A DNA stretch of 62,984 nucleotides, counting the filler, from Octopus bimaculoides (Eukaryota): assembly GCF_001194135.2 (NCBI RefSeq). It is 2 parts of 2 records of this genome, joined end to end, with 100 filler letters (N's around TTAATTAATTAA, not from the genome) between each part and the next. Parts side by side here need not be neighbours in the genome. Positions count along the whole stretch, not along the records: positions 31,587 to 62,984 come from NC_068981.1; 1 more part is not named here. One strand, written 5' to 3'. Positions 37,403 to 49,929 of this stretch are shown here, in pieces; positions within the stretch are counted from its first letter, which is position 1, and each line of letters starts with the position of its first letter. Position numbers and translations under genes: made by a program. Under the pieces are notes generated by a model. That model was given only the letters and a program-made list of their open reading frames with translations, was not told the origin of the DNA and ran no database searches.

Positions 37403-38400
37403 TCAAATTGTTATTCCATAGTGTTGGCATAGTTTCCAGTGTATATAGGTCCCAATTCTGTCGTGTCTGTGAATATATTCCTTCGTAGCCAGGACTGGGC
37501 AGCCAGAGACAATATGATTTACTGTTTCGTCTTCATCACGACATATTCTGCAGTTACTTGTATTTCTATTCATTATGTGTTTTGGGTGGTTTCTGGTGGG
37601 AAGGCTTTGATCTTGTGCAGCAATTAAAAATGCTTCATTCTCTGCTTTGAGTCCTGAGCTTCTCAGCCATTTTGGGGATTTCCCTTTGTTTATTTCTTTT
37701 CTGTTTAGCTTAACCAAATATTTGCCATGTAGGAACTTTTGTTGCCGTCATTTTATCATGATACGTTGTTGTTCCAATTTTGGTTTGGATTTCAGTTGTT
37801 TTACAGATTTTGTTGTTTCTTCTTTTTCTTCATAGTTGTTAGGTATTTTTTTGTATTTATCAGCTTCCTTGAAGACTGAAAACAGTTTTTTGTTTTGTTC
37901 GTGTTTTGTGGCTATTTGTATTAATTTTCCTTGCTTCTGAAGTAGGTATTTCTGTGGTCCTATGGTGGTTATTTTGTAATAGTTTTCTAGCCGTATAAGG
38001 CCTCTACCACCTTCGATATGTTGTATATATAATCTTTGTATGTTAGATTTTGGGTGGTGCATCCAAAATTCTGTCATTATTTTAATTGTTTTCCTGTCTC
38101 TTTTGATTAGTGCATTTAGAGTACAGTTAAGAATATTGTAGCTGTAACTTATAAGTGGGACCAGATTGTTGATACCCCTTATCTTGTTTTTCGCATTCAG
38201 CTCTGTTTTGAGAATTAGTCTAACTCGTCTATAATATGCCTGTCTTATCTTCTCTTTCATTTGTGTGTTGTATTGTACCTAGTTCATTGATTCCTAAATA
38301 TTTGTATGTCTAGCTTTGGTCTAATTCTCTTATTTCATTTACTTTATCTAGTGTAATGTTGTTTTTTCTTAACCAGTTTTCGTCTTTTAAAGGTTGCTTT
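37403..38400 (-). mobile_element. R4/Dong-type LINE fragment (post-RT region and CCHC knuckle)
   Basis: YYRRVRLILKTELNAKNKI, MHHPKSNIQRLYI..EGGRGL, WLRSSGLKAENEAFLIAAQDQSLPTRN, CRIC..EDETVNHIVSGC..HRHDRIGTYIHWKLC. Confidence 0.95.
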
Positions 38401-38404
38401 GACA

Positions 38405-38580
<176 letters not shown>

Positions 38581-39068
38581 ATTGTAGTGAGACGTGTTTT
38601 GAAATAGATCCTATTGAAATGTAAAATTTCTTTTGCTGGGTTTGTTGAGCTTATTTTACTTTTTTATCTTGCCAAACAAGAGGAGTGGAGCTAAATGTTA
38701 ATTATCATGCATCTCCGCAGTTGAAGGAGGTGAATGTTGTTAATTGTGATTTGTGTTTTCAGCATGACTGCTTGGAGAACGATGGTAATTGGCTTGTTTA
38801 ACTTATGGTAACCATTTCTCTCCTTCCGAGGACAAGGACGAAAATACTAATGTTTTGAATAAGCAATTATTATTTTTCCCATTAGCAATTACAAGTTTAC
38901 ACATTAACAGTAACACTTGCAACAACAATTACGTGAATAATGATGAAAACATTAATAACAAAGGCAGAAATAGTAGACACGTAGGAGAAAGACTTCAGCT
39001 TTTAGGCAGACAATCGATTTACTAGAAACACCAACAAATCTCTTTCAATTTACATCCTACCGCCTTAA

Positions 39069-39280
39069 CTCTTTAGCATTTAAATCGGCCATATCAGGCC
39101 CAAATATTCTACATGTTTTATGTTCAAACTGACCAATTTCAACCTATCACACCCACCATAAATTGTCATTCCAAAAGCATACTATCACATCATTGAAATC
39201 TGAAGCAGTGAGATAATGCATGATTAATTCAAACCAAATTGAATGAATAAGCTTTACAGAATAGTGTGAATGCTAAAGGG
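39069..39280. mobile_element. piggyBac-like MITE
   Basis: TIRs CTCTTTAGCATTTA and TGAATGCTAAAGGG (12/14 match); TTAA on the left, ATAA on the right. Confidence 0.7.
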
Positions 39281-39339
39281 ATAAAACAAGGACACGAGAA
39301 ATAGTCATGAATTGCTCGTCATGTTTAGTGCGTTTAAGA

Positions 39340-39665
39340 TAACGTCAATGACTCAGTGGTTACAGCGTCGGGCTCACAATCATGAGGTAGTGAGTTCGAT
39401 TCCCGGACCGGGCTGTGTGTTGTGTTCTTGAGCAAGATACTTTATTTCCCATTGCTTCATTTCACTCAGCTGTAGAAATGAGTTGTGACGTTACTGGTGC
39501 CAAGCTGTTTCGGCCTTTATCTTTCCCTTAGAGAACATCAGTGGCGTGGAGAGGGGAGGCTGTTATACATGGGAAACTGCTGGCCTTCCATAAACAACCT
39601 TTCCCGAAGGGTAACTTTCTAGGTGCAATCTCATGATCATTCATGACCAAAGGAGGTCTTTACCT
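39340..39665 (+). mobile_element. tRNA-derived SINE family C
   Basis: TGACTCAGTGG A box, GAGTTCGATTCCC B box, GTGTTCTTGAGCAAGATACTT central motif; matches 45385-45722. Confidence 0.85.
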
Positions 39666-41154
39666 TTGCCCTTACTCGATAAAATGTAGAGAAAATGAGA
39701 GACGGAGAGTAGAAAAAGAGATAATAATGATTACATGAAAGATAAATATATTAATTTAATTCAAATAATAACTTGATAAATCATCTTTGATTCAAGGACT
39801 AGACGTTAAAAGTTAAAATAATATGTCTACGGCTTCTTGATTCACGAATCAACAGTTCCATTTGACAGTGTAAAATAAATTAAAATAGGTTTACAGGTTT
39901 ATCCTTTTCCTGCATTGATATTGTTATTTTTCCATATGTATGCACACGTGTTGTGGCTCTATACTCACACGCCTAACTTATTCCGCGAGAAAGTTAACGT
40001 GTTCGCTTCATGACTCAACATGATCAGATTCATCAACACATGCGAACAAGCACGTAGACACAGAAAGAGACATATAAATATACATAAACAGTCAATAAGT
40101 GGGAAAAAAAACACTTTTACACCCAAGTGAAGAGTGAACTGCGAAGTAATCCGAATCAGGACTTTGTTCATATTCATATGCTGAGCTATATATAAACACA
40201 ATGAAAGACCTGCAAACACAATGCAACTGCATTTGATTACTCGTAATGTACAACTTCAACATCACGCTCACGGACTTGTTCACAGAGATCCACATATAAA
40301 CACACATATCAATTAACTAGCTTGACCTGTTAAATAATTTAAAGATAGTGCTTTGTTCTGTTCAGAAATTATTAGCTATTTATTTTTTATATGTTTCTTG
40401 AGCAGTATTTGCGAATGCAATTGAGAAAAATAGAATTTTAGTAAGAAAAACGCTACATAATCCCTTACGTATATGATTTGTTTTTAGTTTAATTCTTTGA
40501 AAAATAATTTCATAGTTTACTTATCGTTTTTACCGGCGTATAAGTCGGCGTAGTATATTGAGTATAAACATTCAAACATCGTCACTATCTTTCCAAATCC
40601 TGCTGCACTTCACATAGAACTTTTGGCCCTCAAAAGTTGTCTTTGTGTATAAGACGATTAACTTTTTGGGGTTGTAAATTTTGGACGTTGAATATGACTT
40701 TGATAGAAGTTGAAAAATTTCCTATTTAAATTTTACATTTTATTTTCTTGTCTTAAAAAAGGATTGCCAAAATCATTATTCTTATTATATTCATTATTTG
40801 AAATCATTACTACCAGAGCATTATTATTGTTGCTATCATTCATTAGCTGAATACTTTACATTATTTTACTTCCCCATGAAACCCCTCATCGTTCTATCTT
40901 CAACAATAGAACAACTGTGGATAACAGAAGCAATTATAAAAGGCCTGATACAACCAAACTTACCAAAACGTAATAAAAATAATAATTGCAACCCAAAATA
41001 TTCTTAATAACAAAGAACCTGTCTATTTATATATCCCGTTTTTCTATTTCGCTTTCAATCAATATATTCATACACATACACATTTATCTATTTGTTCCTC
41101 TCTCTCTCTCTTTCTCTTTCTCTCTTTTCTCTCTTTCTCTCTCTTTCTCTTTCT

Positions 41155-41215
<61 letters not shown>

Positions 41216-41324
41216 NNNNNNNNNNNNNNNNNNNNNNNNNNNNNNNNNNNNNNNNNNNNNNNNNNNNNNNNNNNNNNNNNNNNNNNNNNNNNNNNNNNNN
41301 NNNNNNNNNNNNNNNNNNNNNNNN

Positions 41325-41413
<89 letters not shown>

Positions 41414-41457
41414 ATGTATGTATGCATGTATGTACATGTACATATGTTTGTATATAT

Positions 41458-41883
41458 CTTTTATCTTTTATCTGTTTCAGTCATTTGACTGTCGCCATAC
41501 TGGGGCACTGCCTTGACGGCTTTTAGTCGAACAATTGACCCCATGACTTTTTTAAGCCTAGCAGTTATCCTATCACTATCTGTTGCCGAACCGCTAGCTT
41601 ACGGGAACATAAACACACCAGCACCGGTTGTTCAAGCAGTGTTGGAGGACAAACACAGACACAAACACACAGACACAGACACACACATACACACACACAC
41701 ACGCACACGCACACAGATATAGGGCTTTCTTCAGTTTCCTTCTATGAAATACACTTACACAATTATAACCTCTATCTGGGGTTATAGTAGAAGACACTTG
41801 CCTAAGGTACCGTTCAGTGGAACTGAACCCGGAACTATGCGGTTGGGAAGGAAGCTTCTTACCTCGTAGCCACGGCCTGCGTG
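41458..41883 (-). mobile_element. Family B SINE with internal (CA)n
   Basis: GAAGACACTTGCCTAAGGTACC..GAACCCGGAAC head (reverse strand) and TGTTTCAGTCATTTGACTG 3' end. Confidence 0.88.
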
Positions 41884-42535
41884 TATATGCGCGCGCGCGT
41901 GTTTTGTATATACATACATGCATATATGTACATATACGTATGTATATATGCATATATTTATATATCATTTATATATTATTTATATTATANNNNNNNNNNN
42001 NNNNNNNNNNNNNNNNNNNNNNNNNNNNNNNNNNNNNNNNNNNNNNNNNNNNNNNNNNNNNNTATATACATATATGTATTTATGTTTCTACTGTCTTTAT
42101 TCACCTATCCATACACGTTCGCACATGCGTGCAAACACACACATACATACACAAATGTATGCATACATATATTTCCCGTTTCAATCAAAACCTATGTGGC
42201 GACTGGAGACTGTAAATTGCGATTTATGGTCAAGATTACTCGTAGCCTAATCGAATCGGGGAGCTCGTGATTACGAAGCGAATTTCTTAAGCAGTCGGTT
42301 ACAGTGCGCTTTACAGATGAAGACTGTACAGAAGGCCATTGGATGGATTATACTCGTAGTTCAAAGGTCCTTGTCACATACTCTGTGGAATATTCAGCCA
42401 TTTATCCGCTAATTTAATCAGTAGGGAATTCAGTTGATGGAACAACTGAATCTTTATCATCGAAACTGACGAAGATCCATCATAAATAAGTGTGTGTATT
42501 TATATATGTAGGTATGTATGTATTATATATGTATA

Positions 42536-42908
42536 GTGGAGGCGCAATGGTCCAGTGGTTAGGGCAGCGGACTCACGGTTTCGATTCCCAGACCGGGAGT
42601 TGTGAGTGTTTATTGAGCGAAAACATCTAAAGCTCCACGAGGCTCCGGCGGGGGATAGTGGCGAACCCTGCTGTACTCTTTCACCACAACTTTCACTCAC
42701 TCTTACTTCCTGTTTCTGTTGTGCCTGTAATTCAAAGGGCCAGCCTTGTCACACTGTGTCATGCTGAATATCCCCGAGAACTACGTTAGGGGTACACGTG
42801 TCTGTGGAGTGCTCAGCCACTTGCACGTTAATTTCACGAGCAGGCTGTTCCGTTGATCGGATCAACTGGAACCCTCGACGTCGTAAGCGACGGAGTGCCA
42901 ACAACAAC
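42536..42908 (+). mobile_element. tRNA-derived SINE family D with 11-bp TSD and (CAA)n tail
   Basis: TGGTCCAGTGG A box, GGTTTCGATTCCC B box, ends CAACAACAAC; ATATATGTATA at 42525-42535 and 42909-42919. Confidence 0.88.
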
Positions 42909-43002
42909 ATATATGTATAAAACATCAATAATAATTCTTTTTATTCTAGGCAAACAGGCCTATAACAACACTAGAAGAATAGTAACAACAACAACAATAG
43001 CA

Positions 43003-43292
43003 ATAATCCTTTTGGGGTTGCACGCAAGATATGAAATTTTGAGGTAGGTGTTAATTCGATTACATCGAACCCAATATTCAAATGGTTCTTATTTTATCGA
43101 TCCCGAAAAGATGAAAGGCAAAGTCGACTTCGGTATTTCGTCGGTCTTTACGTTCTGAGTTCCAGTATGGCTCAAGACGAATTTGCCTGTCGTCTTTCCC
43201 AGTTCGATAGAATAAATACCAGTTGAACACGGTGGTCGAGGTAATCGACTTACCCGCTTCCCTGGACTTACTGGGCTTGTGCCAAACTTTAA
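43003..43292. mobile_element. Two truncated family A SINEs joined head-to-head (- then +)
   Basis: GAAAAGATGAAAGGCAAAGTCGAC (minus copy) fused to GGTATTTCGTCGGTCTTTACGTTCTGAGTTC (plus copy) at about 43130. Confidence 0.8.
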
Positions 43293-43389
43293 AACCAATA
43301 CTTACACTGTGTAACACGATTATTTTCCTTGGGTCGCAACTGTTATTTCGTATTTGCCTACCCCTAGAAAGTATGAAACATGGCTAGTA

Positions 43390-43595
43390 TTTTTTTCTAA
43401 CTTGGCATTTGTTACATTTATTCAAACCATAAAAAATCCCTCTCAACACATGGTTATGGTACTTCCATACTGCTCCTGCACGTAACCAGAGATGCATATA
43501 TTGTCACCCACTAAGGGGCGTGCTCAAGTGCTTAATGTCAAGTAACTGACAAGCAAATCTGTGGTATCGAGCAGAATATATGCTATAACGATATT
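43390..43595 (-). mobile_element. Family X partial copy
   Basis: TTATTCAAACC..CCCTCTCAACACATGG..GACAAGCAAATCTGTGGTATCGAGCAGAATAT matches other family X copies. Confidence 0.75.
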
Positions 43596-43859
43596 TCAAC
43601 TATTCAACGCTGAATCTCTCTGAAATACAATGGAAAATAGGTCAGTTTCAAAACATTGATGTCCAGGTTACAAAAGCAAAGTTTAAAAGGAAAAGTAGTC
43701 ATTTCTTTGATTTCTAGATAGAAGCAAATAGGAAATAACACTTACTAGCCAACAACAAAAAGAAAAAAATTGCTACACAGTTTTATAGATATTACTTTTA
43801 TTGTTACACGAAGAACAAAGATAGTTCTCACCATTCGATGTTTTATGAATAATACTGTT

Positions 43860-44320
43860 TTTCTAAAATATTCACATCGTTTGAGAACTATTGACTTCGT
43901 GCGTGGCTCGAAACGTGGCAGCTGAATCCTTTTATAAGTGTGTTTTCCTGCTTTATTGTTATTGCATTAAAAAGTTGGCACGCTTCCATTATACAAAAAG
44001 CTACTTTGCACGTTTCGTTGGCAAAACTATTTTATAAACAGAATTCTAGATCGGACCAGGTTCAAAACTTTCGAAGCTGATGTTTTGCATCATCGGTTGT
44101 TCAAAGAATGTTGGATCATCGACTGCCGGACATGCCTAAGTACAGAGAGCTGCAAGACGGAAAGCCTCCAGTAGAAGCTCCGAAGCGGTGTTGCAACGAT
44201 CAACTTAAAGAGAACATTTAAAACTTCTAATATTAGGTGCTTCATTGGAAGTAATCGCAAAGAGCGAACTCAAAAGCTGTAGAGTCGACGGAAGCAAGCA
44301 GACTAACAACGAGGAATATT
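43860..44320 (+). mobile_element. Decayed RTE-clade LINE 3' fragment
   Basis: HRLPDMPKYRELQDGKPPVEAPKRCCNDQLK (cf. RLPK..FYGEL..GKR..G.PKKR.KD.LK); frameshifted G-S-E-T-W upstream. Confidence 0.75.
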
Positions 44321-44631
44321 AAACTCTACCGGCTTCCAATTCTCGATTTCTGTGTTATTAAATACACAACATAAATATACAACTATCTTTTATCATGAAA
44401 TTTAACTGAGTTAAATTCTCGCTTCTCTACTATGTCAGAGACAATATATACAATATTTTTTACTATATACATTTACATTAGCATCATTTCATCCTATAAG
44501 TAATGTTCAGACGCCTATTTTCAATTTGTAAACGCTTTATGAGTATTTTAGAATGTCTAAAGGCATCGAGTAATATTTATATGTATTTTGACATGCTTAA
44601 ACTAATTAAATTTTATTTTGTAGGATAATCT

Positions 44632-45085
44632 CATGTTGCACCCAAGCTTTTCGAAGTTTTGCAACATGATATCAAATATGACTTTGAAATTTAAACACTT
44701 ATTTTTTCAGAAAACGTTCCTGGAAACACATTTGAAGCTCTCCCATGCCTGGTTTTGAGATTCATTTACGGATTTCTCATAATCTGAACCAACAGATATT
44801 CCTGCTTTAATTTTCTCACTGGTTATGTATGGGAATATTCTTGAGAGATACTGCAAACATGGTCCATCTGCAGGCAAAGATTTAACGAACTCTTTCATCA
44901 GGCCCAGTATGTTGTGCAGAAGTGGTAGCAGTACTTTTGAAGGTTCAATGAAGAGCTTGTGCAGAATGTTTTTGGGTCCACTCATAAAAGAAATACGGCA
45001 ATTTTGTGTAGCCTGCCCGCTGGCCTAAAAGCATGCCAATAACTTTGAAATCTCCACACACTTGCCTGTGATATTCTGCACACTT
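44632..45085 (-). mobile_element. DNA transposase relic, probably Chapaev/CACTA-like
   Basis: VCGDFKVIGMLLGQRAGYTKLP, KVLLPLLHNILGLMKEFVKSL, SEKIKAGISVG, AWESFK, MLQNFEKLGCNM match a widespread LPPLHIKLGLMKxFVKAL transposase family; the superfamily name is from recall. Confidence 0.8.
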
Positions 45086-45384
45086 TATATTTAACAAAAG
45101 TTTTTTTTTAACATTTTCTCCTTTAGTTGTAGAGAATGTGCCACTGGAATAGATGAATACTTATTTCCATTGCGTAGCAAGACATACACTACACCCCCGA
45201 CCCTAGCACTACAACTAGAATTAACCAAGGTAGAAACATAACCGCTTCGTATGAAAGCTGAAATGTAGTTGAGGTGAATGTTGATACTAATGGCACCACC
45301 ACTAATACAAATAGTGGTAATACTAATACGACTACTACCACCACTACTACTAATAATAATATTAAGGATATTAATACCATTACG

Positions 45385-45722
45385 ACTCGGATACTCGCTT
45401 CGGTCACGAATGACCATGGGATTGCACCTAGAAAGTTACTCTCCGAGGCACAAGTCAGGGCAAGGTTGTTTATGGAAGACCAGTTGTTGCCCATGCATAC
45501 CAGCCTTTCCTTTCCATGCCACCAATGTTATCCAAGGGAAAGGCAAAGGCTGATACAGCTTGGCACCAGTGACGTCGAAACTCATTTCTACATCTGAGTG
45601 AACTGGAGCAACGTGAAATAAAGTGTCTTGCTCAAAAACACAACACGCATCCCGGTCCGGGATTCGAACTCACAACCTCACGGCCGTAAGTTTGACGCTC
45701 TAACCACTGAGTCATGCACCTT
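45385..45722 (-). mobile_element. Family C SINE
   Basis: Reverse complement of the 39340-39665 type (GGGATTCGAACTCAC, CTCTAACCACTGAGTCATGC). Confidence 0.88.
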
Positions 45723-45789
45723 CACTTTACGACTACTAATTACAATAATAGTTATAATAATAATAACAACAACAATAATAATAATAATA

Positions 45790-46200
45790 CGGACCAATAC
45801 CCTAATAACACCCTAAATTTCAATTTCTCCATAAATAGCACTGCATCTTCTATTTCCACTAATAACACTCCTAGGACAGATAGCTGCAACTGTCGATCCA
45901 CGACCGAATGCCCGTTGCAAGCCCACTGAAGAAGGTTTAACGTAGTATACAAATGCGCGGTCCACAACATATTGCATAATTCTACTAACTACTATATCGG
46001 GCCTATTATCAATTTTAAACAGAGATATTCGACGATTCCCTGTCTAAAATATTCATACCTTGTCTCTGATGACGGAATGCCCAGTGCGTGAACATACTAA
46101 CCTACCGCTTGGGTTATCCCAGAAATGGCAGTAAGACTTCAACTTCATCTTACCCTGATTAAATTTTCATAAATAACTCGAGATACACGTTCTGCCTAGG
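45790..46200 (+). mobile_element. Penelope-like element remnant (Cys linker + GIY-YIG N-half + 3' hammerhead-like motif)
   Basis: One frame reads SCNCRSTTECPLQAH*RRFNVVYKCAVH..NYYIGPIINFKQRYS (single stop at 45927 where C is expected); CTGATGA..GAAA..GTA motif follows at 46062-46137. Confidence 0.8.
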
Positions 46201-46374
46201 TTTTGATTTTTCCTCTAATATAATATATACCTGCTATAGCGGAACCCCTAATACCAGTCCATAGATCCAGCCTTAGCTATGATCTTGGAAACTAACGGTC
46301 CATCAACTATAGCATCTATAGCACTTACTCAGTGTACCTATTCGCTTAAATCACAAATGAATTAAACCCCTCAT

Positions 46375-46445
<71 letters not shown>

Positions 46446-46875
46446 NNNNNNNNNNNNNNNNNNNNNNNNNNNNNNNNNNNNNNNNNNNNNNNNNNNNNNN
46501 NNNNNNNNNNNNNNNNNNNNNNNNNNNNNNNNNNNNNNNNNNNNNNNNNNNNNNNNNNNNNNNNNNNNNNNNNNNNNNNNNNNNNNNNNNNNNNNNNNNN
46601 NNNNNNNNNNNNNNNNNNNNNNNNNNNNNNNNNNNNNNNNNNNNNNNNNNNNNNNNNNNNNNNNNNNNNNNNNNNNNNNNTATATATATATATATACATA
46701 CGTTTATGTCACTTTTACAACCTACACGCATGCATACATGCATGTATGTATGTATGTCATTATTCAGTTTATTTCAAGATTTCTTGCCAATAGAGACAGA
46801 ACCGGTTACTAACCTACATCCAAGGCTCCTTCATTGGAATTTCAACATCAACAACACGGTATTTTTGTTTGTGTG

Positions 46876-46909
<34 letters not shown>

Positions 46910-46934
46910 TGTATGTGTATATTCGAATGTTTTC

Positions 46935-47100
46935 TGCACAGTTTTCGGTTACCACGTTCCACTTACAGGCATTTGTCAAGGCGAAGTTACAATGGAAAAA
47001 ACTTTTCTGCCGCAGAGGAACACACTTGCGCAGGGTGTCCGCAATGATATCCAAGTCATAAGCAAGTGGATGTAGAACGAACTTCTTAACTCGGTTGTGA
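46935..47100 (-). mobile_element. Degraded family B SINE 5' part
   Basis: ACACACTTGCGCAGGGTGTCCGCA and TTCCACTTACAGGCATTTG resemble the family B reverse strand. Confidence 0.55.
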
Positions 47101-47202
47101 TAGCCCTTATTTACATGTCAGCGCATATGCTCACTGTTCATTCCTTTCTACATATATTCATTGAATGAGAATGTAAATAATTCACACATAAATGAAAACG
47201 TA

Positions 47203-47400
47203 TATTCTTTTATTCTTTTACTTGTTTCAGTTACGAGACTGTAGCCATGCTGGAGCACCGCGTTAATGGGTTTTATCTAACAAATCTTACCCACGGATTA
47301 TTCATTGTAAGCCTAGTACTTATTCTATCAGTCTGTTTTTGCCGAACTGCTAATTCACGGGAATGTAAACACACACACACGCAAACACACACACACACAC
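47203..47400 (-). mobile_element. Family B SINE 3' part, running into microsatellite and gap
   Basis: TACTTGTTTCAG..CCATGCTGGAGCACCGC..CCTAGTACTTATTCTATC. Confidence 0.8.
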
Positions 47401-47424
47401 ATGCATACATACACACACACACAC

Positions 47425-47455
<31 letters not shown>

Positions 47456-48073
47456 TNNNNNNNNNNNNNNNNNNNNNNNNNNNNNNNNNNNNNNNNNNNN
47501 NNNNNNNNNNNNNNNNNNNNNNNNNNNNNNNNNNNNNNNNNNNNNNNNNNNNNNNNNNNNNNNNNNNNNNNNNNNNNNNNNNNNNNNNNNNNNNNNNNNN
47601 NNNNNNNNNNNNNNNNNNNNNNNNNNNNNNNNNNNNNNNNNNNNNNNNNNNNNNNNNNNNNNNNNNNNNNNNNNNNNNNNNNNNNNNNNNNNNNNNNNNN
47701 NNNNNNNNNNNNNNNNNNNNNNNNNNNNNNNNNNNNNNNNNNNNNNNNNNNNNNNNNNNNNNNNNNNNNNNNNNNNNNNNNNNNNNNNNNNNNNNNNNNN
47801 NNNNNNNNNNNNNNNNNNNNNNNNNNNNNNNNNNNNNNNNNNNNNNNNNNNNNNNNNNNNNNNNNNNNNNNNNNNNNNNNNNNNNNNNNNNNNNNNNNNN
47901 NNNNNNNNNNNNNNNNNNNNNNNNNNNNNNNNNNNNNNNNNNNNNNNNNNNNNNNNNNNNNNNNNNNNNNNNNNNNNNNNNNNNNNNNNNNNNNNNNNNN
48001 NNNNNNNNNNNNNNNNNNNNNNNNNNNNNNNNNNNNNNNNNTTATTTTCTTCACTAAACATTAAAAGTTGTAT

Positions 48074-48290
48074 AAGGCAGCGAGCTGGCAAAATCGTTAG
48101 CACGCCGGGCAAAATGCTTAGCGGCATTTCATCTCTCTTTATGCTCTGGGTTCAAATGTTGCTGGGGTCGACTTTGCCTTTCATCCTTTCGGGGCTGATA
48201 AAATAAGTACTAGTTGAGTACTGTGGTTGATGTAATCAGCATAGCCCCTCCCATGAATTGCTGGCCTTGTGTCGTAATTTTAAAGAATAT
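48074..48290 (+). mobile_element. Family A SINE
   Basis: GGCAGCGAGCTGGCAAAATCGTTAGCACGCCGGGC..GGGTTCAAATG..GCCTTTCATCCTTTCGGGG. Confidence 0.9.
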
Positions 48291-48302
48291 TAAAGGTAGT
48301 GA

Positions 48303-48830
48303 ATGGTCTTTTTAGTTGATCGTTGCACCATCTCGGAGCTTCCACTGGAAGCTTTCCGTCTTGCAACGCCTCTGTGCATAAGCATGTCCGGCAGTCGATG
48401 ATCCGACATTCTTTGGACATTCAACAACTCATCGCAGCAGATGATGCAACACATCAGCTTCAAGAATTTTCAAGCTGGTCCCATCTAGAATTCCGATTAT
48501 TTATAAAATAAATTTGCCAACGAAACGCTCAAATTTAACTCGTGGCTTTTGTATAGTTGTCTTGTCAATTATAATGTAATTACAATAAGACATCCAGGCT
48601 TGACACATGTGTATGAGTGTTTTAGGAACAAACCGTATAGAAAAAGTCTCCAACTGTCAGGATTTGAGCTACGCACGAAGTCAATACTTCCCAGACGATG
48701 TGAATATTTGTGTAAAAAAGTATTGTCTTTTAAAATAGTATTGTTTTGTAAAACATTGTATGATGAGAACTGTGAATTTGTTTTTCATGTAACCATAAAC
48801 GTAATACCCATAATTATTACCATTATAATG
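48303..48830 (-). mobile_element. Decayed RTE fragment, inverted counterpart of 43780-44240
   Basis: Reverse complement shares GGATCATCGACTGCCGGACATGC, GCAAGACGGAAAGC.TCCAGT.GAAGCTCCG and AATATTCACATCGT.TG.GAA.TATTGACTTCGTGCGT. Confidence 0.8.
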
Positions 48831-49405
48831 GTAATACTTTTGAAAACAAAATTTAAAGCTTTCGGAAATTCATAAGTATCCTTGGGCGACTGGAAAAACG
48901 TGTTGTTTATAATTCTGTTATGCACGAGAATATTGAAAAAAAAAAACTACGTAAACAAATCATTAACTTTATTTTTTTTTCTAATCTTTTAACTTTAAAA
49001 TATTTATTTTTAACTTTTCACACGAAGTTAACAATAGCCAAAGGAATCAAGAACCACTGCACTGAGTTTGCGACTAAATTGACGACTGTTGTACAGGACA
49101 CCAATCTAACAATAATTTAAGATGGAAATTGAATAGTTAAACTATTGATTGAACTCGAGACACACACCCAACGCTTTTCTAAACATTACTACTACATTAC
49201 AACACATTATACTTGCAACTGCTTTCTCATATCAGTTATGTAAATTGAATTTATTGAATTTTTAATTGAAATTTTCAATCTATTGAAACATCTTGCTTGT
49301 TCTATGGGCTAAGTTGTTACTACTTATACACACACGCACACACACGCATACACACATACACACACATGCATATGTATAAATATACAGTACATATATATAT
49401 ATATT

Positions 49406-49452
<47 letters not shown>

Positions 49453-49929
49453 ACTCAGCGCAGCTAGTAGAAATAACAGCAGTAACACTGAAGCTTTACA
49501 TAGTTGATACGTTGAATTTTGCGTAATCACTTTTCGATAAGACCAATGGTTTTGTTATATTATAGTTTTGTATAGAAGTTATATATTTGGTCAAAAGGAA
49601 GTCTATGAATAGTGAGATTCTAAGATTTAAACGTTTATAAGGAAAATTTAACATTTAAAATACGTATTTAAAATTTAACGGTTGACAGGCATTTAAACAT
49701 ATGGCAAAAAGTAAAAGCGATTGAATAGAGACAGGAAAGCAAAGAAACATAAATGAAAAAATACAGAGAAAAGTAGAGAGAAATAGCTGGAGAAGTAGTA
49801 ATTCTAGGAAGGTGAAAAACTGGAGTGCTCTGATGAGAAATAGTCTGTTAGTATGTTATGGTATGTATATTCGTACATATACATTCGTAATACGTATATA
49901 TTCGTAATAGTATGTTATGGATTTATATT

